From positions 125,984,001 to 126,048,000 of the forward strand of contig OZ038378.1 of NCBI GenBank assembly GCA_964036045.1: a stretch of 64,000 nt of DNA, written 5' to 3'. Origin of the DNA: Eutreptiella sp. 'Long Island Sound 2002' (taxonomy: Eukaryota; Protista; Euglenida). A program made the position numbers and the translations under genes. Of this stretch, positions 49,401 to 60,439 are shown one piece after another. The notes beneath the pieces are model-generated. The model was not told the DNA's origin. It made no database searches and worked only from the letters and a program-made list of their open reading frames with translations. How positions within the stretch are numbered: position 1 is the stretch's first letter; each line of letters opens with the position of its first letter.

Positions 49401-49960
49401 GTTATACTGCACTCGGGGGGTTTTTCCCCCCCCTGGCACGAATGGCTAACCTAACCCTCCTTTTTGTTGTCCCTTGTCAACTTTACAATAAACACCTGAA
49501 AGGCTACCCCTGAAAGGAACTGTGACTTTTGCCCACTTAGCACTTGCTTCATGCTTGCTGCTTGCCAAACTTGTCAGGTCCACCCCGGACACTAGAGAGG
49601 GTTATAAAACCAACACTGAATATACCAGCTCAGTAACGTAACCCTACCCAGGATTGAATATTGGGACCGAGCTGGTGGGGGAAAGAACATCGTCTGGGTG
49701 ACTTCAACGACAAATGAGGTACGCCCTAGAACGCGGATGAGAGCAGCTCAAAAGGGGCTCAAAATGAGCTGTATTCATCCAATTAGGCACCAAATTGGAC
49801 ACCCCAGTGACCTAGATTAAACCCAATATATTTGATATCTGGCCAAAAATTAACACGTTAATCTCAAGTTTCAATTTTTTTAGGGGGGGTGAGGGGGTTT
49901 GCCGTGAAAATTATGACCCCCATGGGTTGCCTTACGGGCTTGGGTGTCATTTCCCCTTTC

Positions 49961-50104
49961 CGCGATAGCCAGCACGTAGTAGCCGAACATAGATATAGCC
50001 AATCGGCCGTTCTTGATCTCCTTCACCTTCAGCTCAGCGAACGTGTCAAGGTCGTCAACCAAAACCAGAGGGTCGAAGGCTTCACCAGGGTGGAGCAGTT
50101 CCAG
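49961..50104 (-). pseudogene. Lhcb: Isolated fragment of a light-harvesting chlorophyll a/b-binding protein (helix 3 region)
   Basis: [48 protein letters not shown] matches the LHCII pattern [39 protein letters not shown], with damaging changes (GL>VL, DP>DL, one codon lost). Flanks are not LHC-like. Confidence 0.92.
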
Positions 50105-50519
50105 ACGCCCAAGATGCACAACACTATGCGAGGACACTGTGCTGCATGCGGCTTGGCACCACGGCCCTCCTCCTTGGCCCGGCTCCGCTCGCGCTCCAAG
50201 GCTGTAACCCCGGCATGGAGCCTATCCCTCACCTCACGCAATGTATCCTTTTGGTCCTCTTTGGGATGCCTATCAATGCCGTACTTGCAAAGCCGGTCCT
50301 CGAGGCCCCGTGACCGGCCTCAACCCACGTGAGCACCCTAAAACCCCATAAACGGCTGACCTCCCGTCGGCCTACCCCTCATCCCCCTCCTCCACCTCGA
50401 CGGCCTTTAACGCCCCCCCTCTGTGCCGTTTGCCTCATCTCCTTCCCCATCCGGTGCCTGGTGGCCCACCAGGCTCAGTCGGACCAATCATAGTTCCTCT
50501 CCCCCCAACCCAACAACAA

Positions 50520-51270
50520 CCCCAAGGTGAAGACCACACACAAGGCGGTGTACACGCAAGGCGGTGCACACAAAAGGCGGTCTGTGGCCACCTGGGGCGT
50601 CTTGTCATTTAGCGAGGGGTCCGGGTCTGCCCCCCGCGTCAAGCGAAGCAAGCCGAGGCACGTTTGGTGTGCGCACCACCTTGTGTGTGAACCACCAAAC
50701 CTTCCCTTGCCTCAGCTCGCTTCGCTAGACGCGGGAGCCGGCCGCGTACCCCGGCTTAAATAACGACACTCCTGCGGTGGCTCAAGCTGCCTGTTGTGTG
50801 CACCGCCTTGCGTGAGCGCCGCCTTGTGTGTGCACCGCCAAACCTTCCCTTGCGTCGCCTCGCCCCCGCACCCCCCCTTAAATAACAAGAGGCCTGCGGT
50901 GGCTACAAACTGCCTGTTGTGTGTACCGCCTTGTGTGTGAACCGCCAAACCTTCCCTTGCCTCGGCTCGCTTCGCTCAATGCGGGGGCCAGCCATGCACC
51001 CCCTTTTACATAACAACATTCTTGCGGTTGCGATAGACCGCCTTTGTGTGCACCACTTTGTGTCTGCACCGCCTTGTTGGTCAACCGCAAAACCTTCCCT
51101 TGCCTCGGCTCACTTCGCTCGACGCGGGGGTCAACCCCCGCACCCCCCCCGAAAATAACAAGACTGCGACCGTGGCTACAAAACGCCTTTTGTGTGCACC
51201 GCCATTGTGTATGCACCACCCTCTGTGTGCAGTACTTTACCTGTGAACCGCCAAACCCCCTCGTGCCTCC
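50520..51270. repeat. Minisatellite: one inverted unit plus about 5 tandem units of 105-160 bp
   Basis: AACC(G/A)C(C/A)AAACCTTCCCTTGC near 50691, 50835, 50941 and 51084, partial at 51246. The segment 50520-50680 is the reverse complement (CACACAAGGCGGTG..., AAGCGAAGCAAGCCGAGGCA). Confidence 0.85.
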
Positions 51271-51699
51271 CCCTCATAACCCCCCCCTCCGTGCCTCCCC
51301 CCCCGTACCCCCCTGTACCCGCCCCCCGCCCCCCGGCCCCGGTACCCCCCCATACCCCACTACGTACCCCACTACGTACCCGACTCCGTACCTCCCCGCC
51401 ATACCACCCCGTACCCTCCGCCAAAACATGCGAGGTACGGGGGGGGCGACTTCATGCCGTATCTGTGTTCCCGCCCGTTGTGGTCATAGGAGCCATACAT
51501 AGAACTATCACGGGGGATAGACGGATGCCGGATTAAGGCCTCTATAGGGTGCTTCCTGGTTTGTTGTGTGGCATCCATGCGACGAGAGACTTTGCTCTGC
51601 AACAAATGGCCTCCCCGCAATGACACTACACATCCGGCCCCATCAACGCACACACCTCGACAAAATGGACCTAGGGTGAAACAACTGCTAGCTTAGGCA

Positions 51700-53800
51700 C
51701 AGTGCCGCCAACAGAGTTGTCCAATGGTACATGCAAGGGTGCCTTGTGCCGCAGGACCCGTTGTGTTTGCGAACATTCTTTTTGGCAATTTTTGTTCGAA
51801 GGTTTTCAATGTGGCTTTGTCCTGTCCTTGACTTCTATACAGGATGGGTGGGTTGTGGTGTTGGGTGTGAGTGCAAGTTGGGTCAAATGTTGCCGGTACA
51901 CATCAGTGGTGCCACCCTGGCGTTGGGCGCGTGGCTCCTAGCGCAGGTCAACAATGCATCATTGTTGAGAGGCAGTAGTATAATGTGGTGGGAGTGTCCG
52001 CCCCTTGATGTCACTGCTCGGGCCACACCAAATCCGTGCCTTATGCACTATCACAATAGACTCGTGGCTTGGTTGGAGGGTACATTCCAATCTACATGCG
52101 CCACGATTTGGTGACACGTATGGCTCCAGATTATACAAATCTATGTACAACGCCTCGGACGCCTGCCATATGACAGTTGAGTCGGTCACAAACGAATAAG
52201 TATGTACGGTAGCAAACAGAGTTCATTGCATGCAATGAACACGCCTACCCTCGCTGACCGATCTCCTGCGCCTATTGAGGCCCCACCCCTCTCTACGACT
52301 ACTCGCGTTTTCCGGATAGGCCGCAAGTATCACCAACTAAAGCTGCACTATGCACGTTTGGCGATGTCGTTGTTAACATCCACACGTTGTTGACATGCAC
52401 TAAATGGCTTTCTAATGGTGGCACGATGGTCGTTATGTGCGAACCCTCGGGTTTCTCAATCACTATACCCGAATTCCTTGGACGTTGGCAGTATGATGCG
52501 CGGTGGTCTTGCGTTGGACGTGCGGCGGACCGTCACGTGCCTCGTCTTGTCTTGTTATTTTTTTTACGGTGTGTCTCTTTCTTTTCAACCCACAAATCAT
52601 CCCGACCAACATCCATGTTTGTGACTTGCCCCACGCCTAGGAGGGATCTCGCTAGGGGGGTTCCTTGAAGGTCAAATGTCCTATGGCTTGCGCCAAGACC
52701 CGGTTGTAGGAAGCGACTACATGTTGGCTCCACTTGGTGTGGGTCGCGTGCCTTAGTCCAGCCCGGGAACATGGTGCTGGCGCGGTGGTGCTGTGAATAT
52801 GGTTGTTGTGGTTCCCGGTATGGCACAACCTAGGGCAGCTGTTGGTAGGCTATTTGGGTGGGGTGCATGTGTTGTTGGGCCTAAGTCCACTAGTGTGCGC
52901 CGGGTTGCTCGCTACCCATGCGGTAATACGTGTCCTTTCCCTATGAGCAGGCATCCTGCCCGTTGAACTTGCGGACGGTTAGGTGTGTGTTGCTTGGGAA
53001 GGCGGAAACCGTACCCAAGAGTCTCAATAATCGGGGGGTGTGCCATCAAGGATAGTGAGTAGTCGTGCTTGTGGCTTGTTTGATAGGGGTTGAGCACGCA
53101 GTTGTCAACGGTGCGTCGGTTTAGAGAAGGCGTGGATTCGGGGGTTGCAGCACCTCATCAGGGCCCGCTCGGCGAAGGAAACCGTGGTCTTCCCCGTCGC
53201 TCACGTCACTGTTGTGCTTGGCCAAACTATTCCACAATGAGTGGCTCCCGCACCCGCGACACAACCGCCGGCGCCACACGCCCAGGGACGCAAAGCACGA
53301 GCTCGCAACCAAAACTTTGCAAGGCATTGCGGCAGCGTAGCACACCACCACCCAGCTCAAGACGACAAAGAAAATTGTTCAAAGGGACTTGCAAACCAGG
53401 GGCTTGGCGTAGCGTGCACGCCTGTACCACATACCGCCTCCAACCCTTCAAAAATTCTAACAACCAAGGAATCCGTACAACAGTCTACCGAGCGTGTGCA
53501 CTACACCAATGAACCATAGCACTACGGCACCTCACAACTTTTCGCACTGGCGGCACACGGTACAATAGTGCCCCGTGTCCCAGCAATATCTAGCGTGCGG
53601 CACATACAACAACAACTCGAGGACCGCACCAGTATACTGGCGCACCTGCAAAACCACCACCATACTGCATGTTACTAACAGCGGACCAGCGCCCACCCCG
53701 GCACAACTCCGTCCTAAGACCCCTGCTAACTCTCCTAGGAGGTATGCCCTCGGGACCATGAGCCCTGCCGCCGTCTGAGAGCCTGGGGTGCGGTAGCCAG
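51700..53800. mobile_element. Decayed probable non-LTR retrotransposon fragments
   Basis: Composition and broken peptides similar to 45250-46170 and 14900-15135; no intact motif. Confidence 0.25.
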
Positions 53801-53874
53801 AGAGGATCCACAAAAGGGAGCCCAAGCGCCTGTTGACCCCCCGCAAGTGCAGAAAAAAATGACCCGGCGTTACC

Positions 53875-54330
53875 TAGGCGTTGTCAAGGTGCCTGTTTAT
53901 CTGCGGTGCGCCCTTAGGGCACCATGGAGGCATTTTTGGGGTGCCCAGTCATTTGCCTTGCGCCTTGATGGCCCGAAACAGGTGCTCTTGGGGGGCCCGT
54001 TCATGTGCTAAGTGCCCTCACAATGCCAAATGCTTTCTCAGGGCGCCGTTGCATCTATGGTGCACCCTCAGCATCATTTGGGTGCTCTCAAGCCACCAAG
54101 TCATGTGCGGTGTGCCCTCTGGGCGCTACACATGTGCTTTGAAGACCACCTCATCTATGGCGCGCCCTCACAGCACGGCGCCCTCATTGCGCCATATGGG
54201 TGTTCTTGCAGCGGCAAGTCATCTGCAGCGCGCCCTCAAGGTGCCATGTGGGTGCTCTTGGGGTGCCTGTTCATCTATGGTAACCACTCAGGGCTCCATA
54301 AAGGCGCTCTCAGAGCACCCAAAAGATGCA
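53875..54330 (+). repeat. Further copy of the 1-3560 array repeat family
   Basis: GCGTTGTCA...ATCTATGGTGCACCCTCA, ATCTATGGCGCGCCCTCACAGC, GCGCCATATGGGTG sub-repeats. Confidence 0.7.
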
Positions 54331-55364
54331 GAAGGGAGGGGGGGGATGTGGAACCAAAATTTTTGTGCACCACAAATGGTTTGAGAATATTTTCCCATTG
54401 GTAAATATCGTTTTTTCCCACTATGGTCAATTTGGTGCGGTGGGGGGGGTGTTCCTATGGTTGTAAACCCGGGTTATCTAGCCCGGTTGTCTGCGGTGCA
54501 CCCTCACGGCGCCCCTACTACCTTTCAACTGAAGCAGGCCCGTCTCTCGCAAAACGGCTGATTGCCTCCTCCAGACCTATACAGCGGCTCTTGCGTAGGG
54601 CCCGTTGGGGCCCTCTCCGCCCATACGGGCATCCATGTCTCCACTGGCGGCCCCCCATTCTCCGTCACTCTCCAGTCGCACCAGCACTGCACTGCCCGAG
54701 GGGGCCCCCTTTGCACACTGACTCCATCATCTCAACCAGGAAACAGCACCACAGCAAGCCCACACAATCACTCCTTTGCCACATCGTCTGCCTGCTAGGC
54801 ACGTCGCAGGGCAGGGCCGTGCACCCTTAAACTGGAGGCCCCTTTATGGAAGCTTCCAATGTATTTCTCTGCAAGACACGGGGACATGGGACAGGGTCTG
54901 GGGGCCACGTTCACTGCCACCCTTCCCTGTCGTGAGATCTCCTGGGCAAGTGAAGCGGGGCTCTCATACTCCCCTCTGCTACTGTGCCGGGTTGGCTGCT
55001 GTAGCCACCAGGCGCTATGTGCCCTTTAACTGCGCCAAGAGCCTGCAAGCTACATGAACGTGCTGTGCCATGTGCCCAAGAACAGCACACACAACAGCAG
55101 TCCAAAGCTTTGCAACAAAAGTGGATCCAATCCTCCTTCAAAAACCAATAAACCTGAAGCATCCAATGATCCATTCAGTCTTCCCAACTCTTGTTGCCCT
55201 CGCAATATTCTGTGCTTTCCCTCAAGGTGTGTCACTATTCACATGCGCAATGAAATGTTTCTGGGAGGGTGCTGATATCACCCCAGGTACTGCTATTACG
55301 TGCTATTGCCTGGTGCTGTTATCGCCCCCCCCCCCCCCTTTAGTGCCTCCTGTGCGCTATGCCG

Positions 55365-55367
<3 letters not shown>

Positions 55368-55397
<30 letters not shown>
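55368..55397. repeat. (CA)n microsatellite
   Basis: Direct reading. Confidence 0.95.
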
Positions 55398-55399
<2 letters not shown>

Positions 55400-57399
55400 C
55401 TCCCTCATCGATCTCGCACACCCACACCAGCACCAATCATTACCAGGTGGGACATCTGTGAACTATGGCTCGCCCACCTCGGTGTCCCAGGCCCCTGATG
55501 CCACCTCACAATCTTCAGCAAATTCCACTTCTTGTTCTCTGTCGGTCATTGATGCGTTCCATGAAACATCAGATTCATTATCAAACATTTCTTTCAGAAA
55601 AAGGAAATAGTGGCACCGTGGAAACAACAGCACCCCTGGAAGAAATTTTGCACGCATTCATTTAACGGCGCCCCATTGCCGTTGAACGCCCCCCCCCCTT
55701 CATTTCTGTACATGCACCGCTGTGCACACACGGCATTGTATGCATGCGTGTGGCTGAGGGCTGCAAGGGGGAGATGTTGCCGGGAAGGGTTGTCGTTGTT
55801 GGAGTGTTTGGTGCGAGGAGTAATAAGTTGTACCCAAACGTGGGGCATACCCGATCATCTTTGTTGCAGTCCACATATTCAGCGAAGCATTTTTTCAGCC
55901 ACGCCTCTCCACGCATTCCACTATTTCTGAAAAGTTGCCAGCAAACCAACAACGATACAGGCAATCGGAGAAGCGCTGGGTCAGCAGTACAAAGGCAGGC
56001 AAACAGGCACCTGGGCAAGCGCAGGAGCTGGGGTGTTGAGCCCCAGGCAAGCCATAGCCCACCTTGACCCAGAAAGTGTTCAACTTGGCAAGGTCAAACA
56101 TGGGGCAAAGAGGACAGACATTTTTGTACGTAGGAGTTAAGGACTGAGTGAAAGCTGTACCACGGGTATAGCACACAGCTACTGATTCTCGTGAAACAGA
56201 GGTGGCACTGCAGCTCTGTGTAAATGGGCAGCCGTTGGCAGGTGCTTTGCATGGTGGGTAGGAATGAGTTGGAGGCCAAGCGCATTGTGTTGGCTGAAAG
56301 GGGGGTAGTTGAGATCACATGACATTGGCTTGCTTGTGTCAAAGAGACCTTTGATGGCGTTGAAGTCCACAATGTATCCAAGAAAACACCCCCAAAATGC
56401 CCACCCACAAACCGCTGATTTTTGCGTTTTCCACCCCTCAGAAACACCCAACTGGACGCCTAGACCACAGCAGGCCCAGCCAGAGCAGCGCACAGAGCGG
56501 AGCCAAAAGGAGTCCATCGGAGATCTCTAGTGCCCCCAAAGTGACTTTTCCTACAGTTGTCCCTTGACCACTTGGGGGGCCCAAGTGTTTTTAGCCCATT
56601 TTGAGCCCAATGTGACCCATTTCGGCCCTTCAAATGTCCGAAAAAGCCTTCGACTTGGGCCATGTTGGGAAACGGGGGTAAAAACTGTGCTTTTCTAGAA
56701 AAAAAATTGTATTTTCTGTTTTTTTGGCCCTGCTTGGTCCCAAAACAGCCAATTCTCAGGCTTTTTGGGACTTTTGGAGAGCCAAAATTGGTCACCACCA
56801 GCTCCAAATGGGCTAAGAACACTTGGGCCTCCCATATGCTTTCAAAACAACTTTGGAAATAATCAGTTTGGAGCCACCATAGACCCTTGGTGGACCTTTT
56901 TAAACCAGGGGTGGTTTGGGCTCTGTGCACTAATCTAGCAAAGCCCACTGTGCTCTACTGCGGGGATCTAGGCCTCCAATTGGGCAATTCTGAGGGGCTG
57001 GAAACCACAAAAAGTATGGGCTTGCAGGTGGACTAGGTGCCCTCACAGGGAGTTTTTGATCCACAAAGCCTGGGATATTCCCATTCTTGGCCACCACGCT
57101 CTGGGATGTCACTGATTAGTTGGGGGCTCAAAACTCTTTCTTAGCCCCAGAACCAAGAACGGGCCGTATCTTGGGCTACGTGGCTCCAAAATAAATTCCC
57201 AAAGACCTAGTCCAACCGCAACCCCCCACTTTTTGTGGTTTCAAACTGTTTCTTCACGGCGTTTCTTGGACACATTGTTGAGTCAAAGGCCACCAAAAGG
57301 CTCCTTGACATGAGCAAACCAAGCCGCCCATGGCTTCCGGGATCCTTCGTTTGGCTATTTTTAAATGGGTTTCTGGGCCGTTTTCTTGGGCCAAGACGG

Positions 57400-57830
57400 T
57401 GATTTTTGGCCCAACGCCGCACAGATTTTTGGGACCAAAGATGGGTCAAAAATGGGTCAAAACCGCATTTTTCCAAAAGTGATCCTGGACCATTTGGGAT
57501 GCTCAAACAAGTGTTTTTAGCCCATTTTGAGCCGGCGGTGACGCGTTTTGGCCCATGGAAAATCCCAACATACCCTGAAAATGGGATGTTTTGGGATCAA
57601 AGATGGGTCAAAAAAGCATGAGAAACACGTTTTTCCAAAAGTGATCCTGGACCAGTTGGGGTGCACAAACAAGCGAAATGAGCCCATTTTGAGCCCGCTT
57701 CAAGCCTTTTTTGGCCCCTCTAAGCTACCAAAACCCCCCAAAATGGGCCATTTTGCGTACAAAATCTGTCAAAAATGGGTCAAAAATGTGTTTTCCCCAA
57801 AATGAACTTGGACCATTTGGGGCGCTCAGA
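57400..57830 (+). repeat. About 162-bp tandem repeat family (ACCATTTGGGATGCTCAAACAAG / AAAAATGGGTCAAAA)
   Basis: Two to three units here; the same family recurs at 63170-63900. Confidence 0.8.
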
Positions 57831-57854
57831 TAGGACAAAAACCGCCAATCTTAA

Positions 57855-59270
57855 GGACCCGGTTTAGCCCATTTCGCCACACGCCTGCACCAAGTTGTGC
57901 ACTGTGCACGTACCTTAGAGCCATATTGTGGAGAAACCTAGGGTTAGCGAGAGGGGTGTAGATTAGAGGTTATATATACATATTACTACACCCCTTTCCC
58001 CTTAAATCTAGCCAACAAGCAAGCAACAACAACAAGCACTTCTCCTTTCCGTTTTGCCCATTGCTCTGTCTCATCGTTCCGGTCTCTACTCTACTCTAGC
58101 CATCCCACAGACTAGGTGGCGGCCATGCCAAATCCAGGTTTTCAGCCAAAAACTCACCGGTGGCGCCCCAGTGCAGGGGCGCCAAGTAGGGAGATTCTCT
58201 CCCATAAGTGCGCATTTTGTGCCCCAAAACAGCCTTTTTTGGCCCAAAACGGCCCCGAAACCCACTCAAAACGGCCAAATGAAGGGAAACGGTTCCTACA
58301 CTGCATGTGCGCCTCAATTGCCCCGTGACCAACATCCCTTTCTTGCCCTCTAACTCCACTATATGTCCGAGAAACGGCCCAGCGCTGTTTATGTCAAACA
58401 GCCCCAAAACCAAGAACGGGCCGTGAGCATCCCAAGTGGTCTAGGAACAACTTTGGAAAAAATTTTACGCCACGGGGACCCTGGTGGACCCACTGTTGGC
58501 CCCCACCGTGCGCGGCCCGGGCTGCCCTCCGGCTCCACCAAGCGACCACTGGTACGGGGATCTAGGTCTCTCGTTGGGCAATTCTGAGGCTTGGAAACCA
58601 CAAAAGGTGGGGGGTTGCGGGTGGACTAGGTGCCCTCGAAATTCGGTTTTAAGCCACAGAGCCCAAGATACGGCCCGTTCTTGGTTTCGGGGCTGTTTGA
58701 CACACACAACGCACATTCAGGCCACTTTTGGCCATTTTTGGGCCGTTTCTCGGACATATCATGGAGCTAGAGGGCAAGAAAGGGCTCTTGGTCACGGGGC
58801 AATTGAGGCGCACGTGTAGTGTACAAACCGTTTGCCTTCGCTTGGCCGTTTTGACTGGCTTTCGGGGCCGTTTTGGGCCAAAAAAGGCTGTTTTGGGGCA
58901 CAAAATGCGCACTTTTGGGAGGGCACCTCCCGAATTGGCGCCCCCGCCCCGGGGCGCCACCAACGAGTTTTTGGCTCAAAACTTGGATTTGGCAAGGGCA
59001 CCACCTAGGCTCTAGGATGGCTAGAGTCGAGTAGAGCCTGGAGCGATGAGGCAGAGCAATGGCCAAAACGGAGAGGAGAAGTGCTTGTTGGTTGTTGCTT
59101 GTTGCTCGCTTGTTGCTTGTTAGCTAGACTTAAGGGGGGAGGGGTGTAGTAATATATCCTTCAATCTACACCCCTCTCCCCAACTCTAGGTGGCTCCACA
59201 ATGCGGCTCTAAGGTAGCGTGCGAAGGGCACAACTTGGTACATACATGTGGGGGAAGGGGCTAAACTCGG
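57855..59270. repeat. Long imperfect palindrome: arms about 57855-58425 and 58660-59270, spacer about 235 bp
   Basis: The reverse complement of 58660-59270 reproduces 57855-58425 (ACCAAGTTGTGC..TACCTTAGAGCC..GAGAGGGGTGTAGATT..AAGTGCGCATTTTGTGCCCCAAAACAGCC..AACCAAGAACGGGCCGT). Confidence 0.9.
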
Positions 59271-59380
59271 TCAAAACGGGCTCAAAATGCCCCATGACGA
59301 ATGCCGAGACGTGGACAGAGATTCCCAATTTCTGTCAATTTTTGTACAAGACGGAATTCAAATTGTTTTTTGCATTGAAA

Positions 59381-60178
59381 TGTCGAGAAGTCCGTCCTTG
59401 ATCGCATCGGTCCCAGCCGGTGTCGTCGACACCGCCTTGGACCACAATGATGATTCTCAAGTTGGTTTCAAGAAGCCGCCTTGAGTCCAACATCACCGAT
59501 GACACACCACTTGGTTCTCACAACCACGTCGCGTTTTTATTACTTTGATTTCCACTTTGCATATGCAACATTTGCCATGTTTTAATGAATTTTCGTGTCT
59601 CGCATGTTGTTTGCATCATTCCTAATTGCTCAATCAAATCCGAGACATTCCCATGGCCAAATTAATTTCCGAACACACGGCATATCCCATTCTCCAACAT
59701 GCATGATCTCACGTGTATGCATTTCAATGCACATGCATAATTCATGTTTCATAAATTCATGCATAATCATTCTCATTGACCACACATGTGTCAAAGCACA
59801 TACATGGCATGTGTTCCCCACTCCTCTCAACTTTGGGTCACACCTCCCCATGGGCTTGGAGATCAATTCAAGCCAAAATTCACACTTTTGCATGACATTG
59901 CAATATTTTGCCTTCATGACCCATGGTGAATATTTTTGCCTATGTGTCAATTTTTTGAGTTTTTTGCATGACATGGGTTCAATCATTTCACCCATGCTTT
60001 CCTCTCTCTCTCTCTCTCTCTCTCCTTCTCTCTCCCATGATGCGTCTTTTGTCCCAAAGCAATTGCTCCATATCTCAGGACCTCCTTGCCAAATCATGCC
60101 TCAATCTCAATTCGTCGCAATGGCCACAATGCCGTGAGTTCAAGTTCAATCAAGGAATCAGAATTTCGAGAACTCGTA
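59381..60178 (+). mobile_element. Putative 5' LTR (about 800 bp)
   Basis: Starts TGTCGAG, ends ...CTCGTA (near-inverse of the start), immediately followed by a PBS-like sequence and a long ORF. The partner LTR is not in the window. Confidence 0.55.
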
Positions 60179-60179
60179 T

Positions 60180-60207
60180 TGGTGACGTACCGAGGTTTTG
60201 AACCACG
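60180..60207 (+). promoter_or_regulatory. Putative tRNA primer-binding site
   Basis: The reverse complement CGTGG-TTCAAAA-CCTCG-GTACGTC-A-CCA parses as T-arm + acceptor 3' strand + discriminator + CCA. Confidence 0.65.
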
Positions 60208-60439
60208 CATCATAATTTGTTTGGGTTTTGTCTAGTGTCCGTTTGTGCTTCAAGGGATTGCTGAATTTTGCATAACTAGGGTGAGCCCCATTAAAACAAA
60301 CACCAAGGCATCTCAATCACCACATTCAACTTCCTAAAGTGCTTCCTTTAGGTTTTACATTATGTTAAACTTTTTGGATTGCATTTTTCGATGGATTTTC
60401 TTTTTTTCTGATTTTTCTACTCTGCTTGGAGAATAAATT

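Noticed and set aside
55820-55860. Helitron Rep motif (GMPHVWVQL) on the minus strand
   Set aside because: It lacks the HxH core and the preceding EFQ.RG context; no other Rep or helicase motifs nearby.
60180-60207. tRNA gene on the minus strand
   Set aside because: Only the T-arm, acceptor 3' strand and an encoded CCA are present; no D-arm, anticodon arm or 5' acceptor strand. It fits a PBS better.
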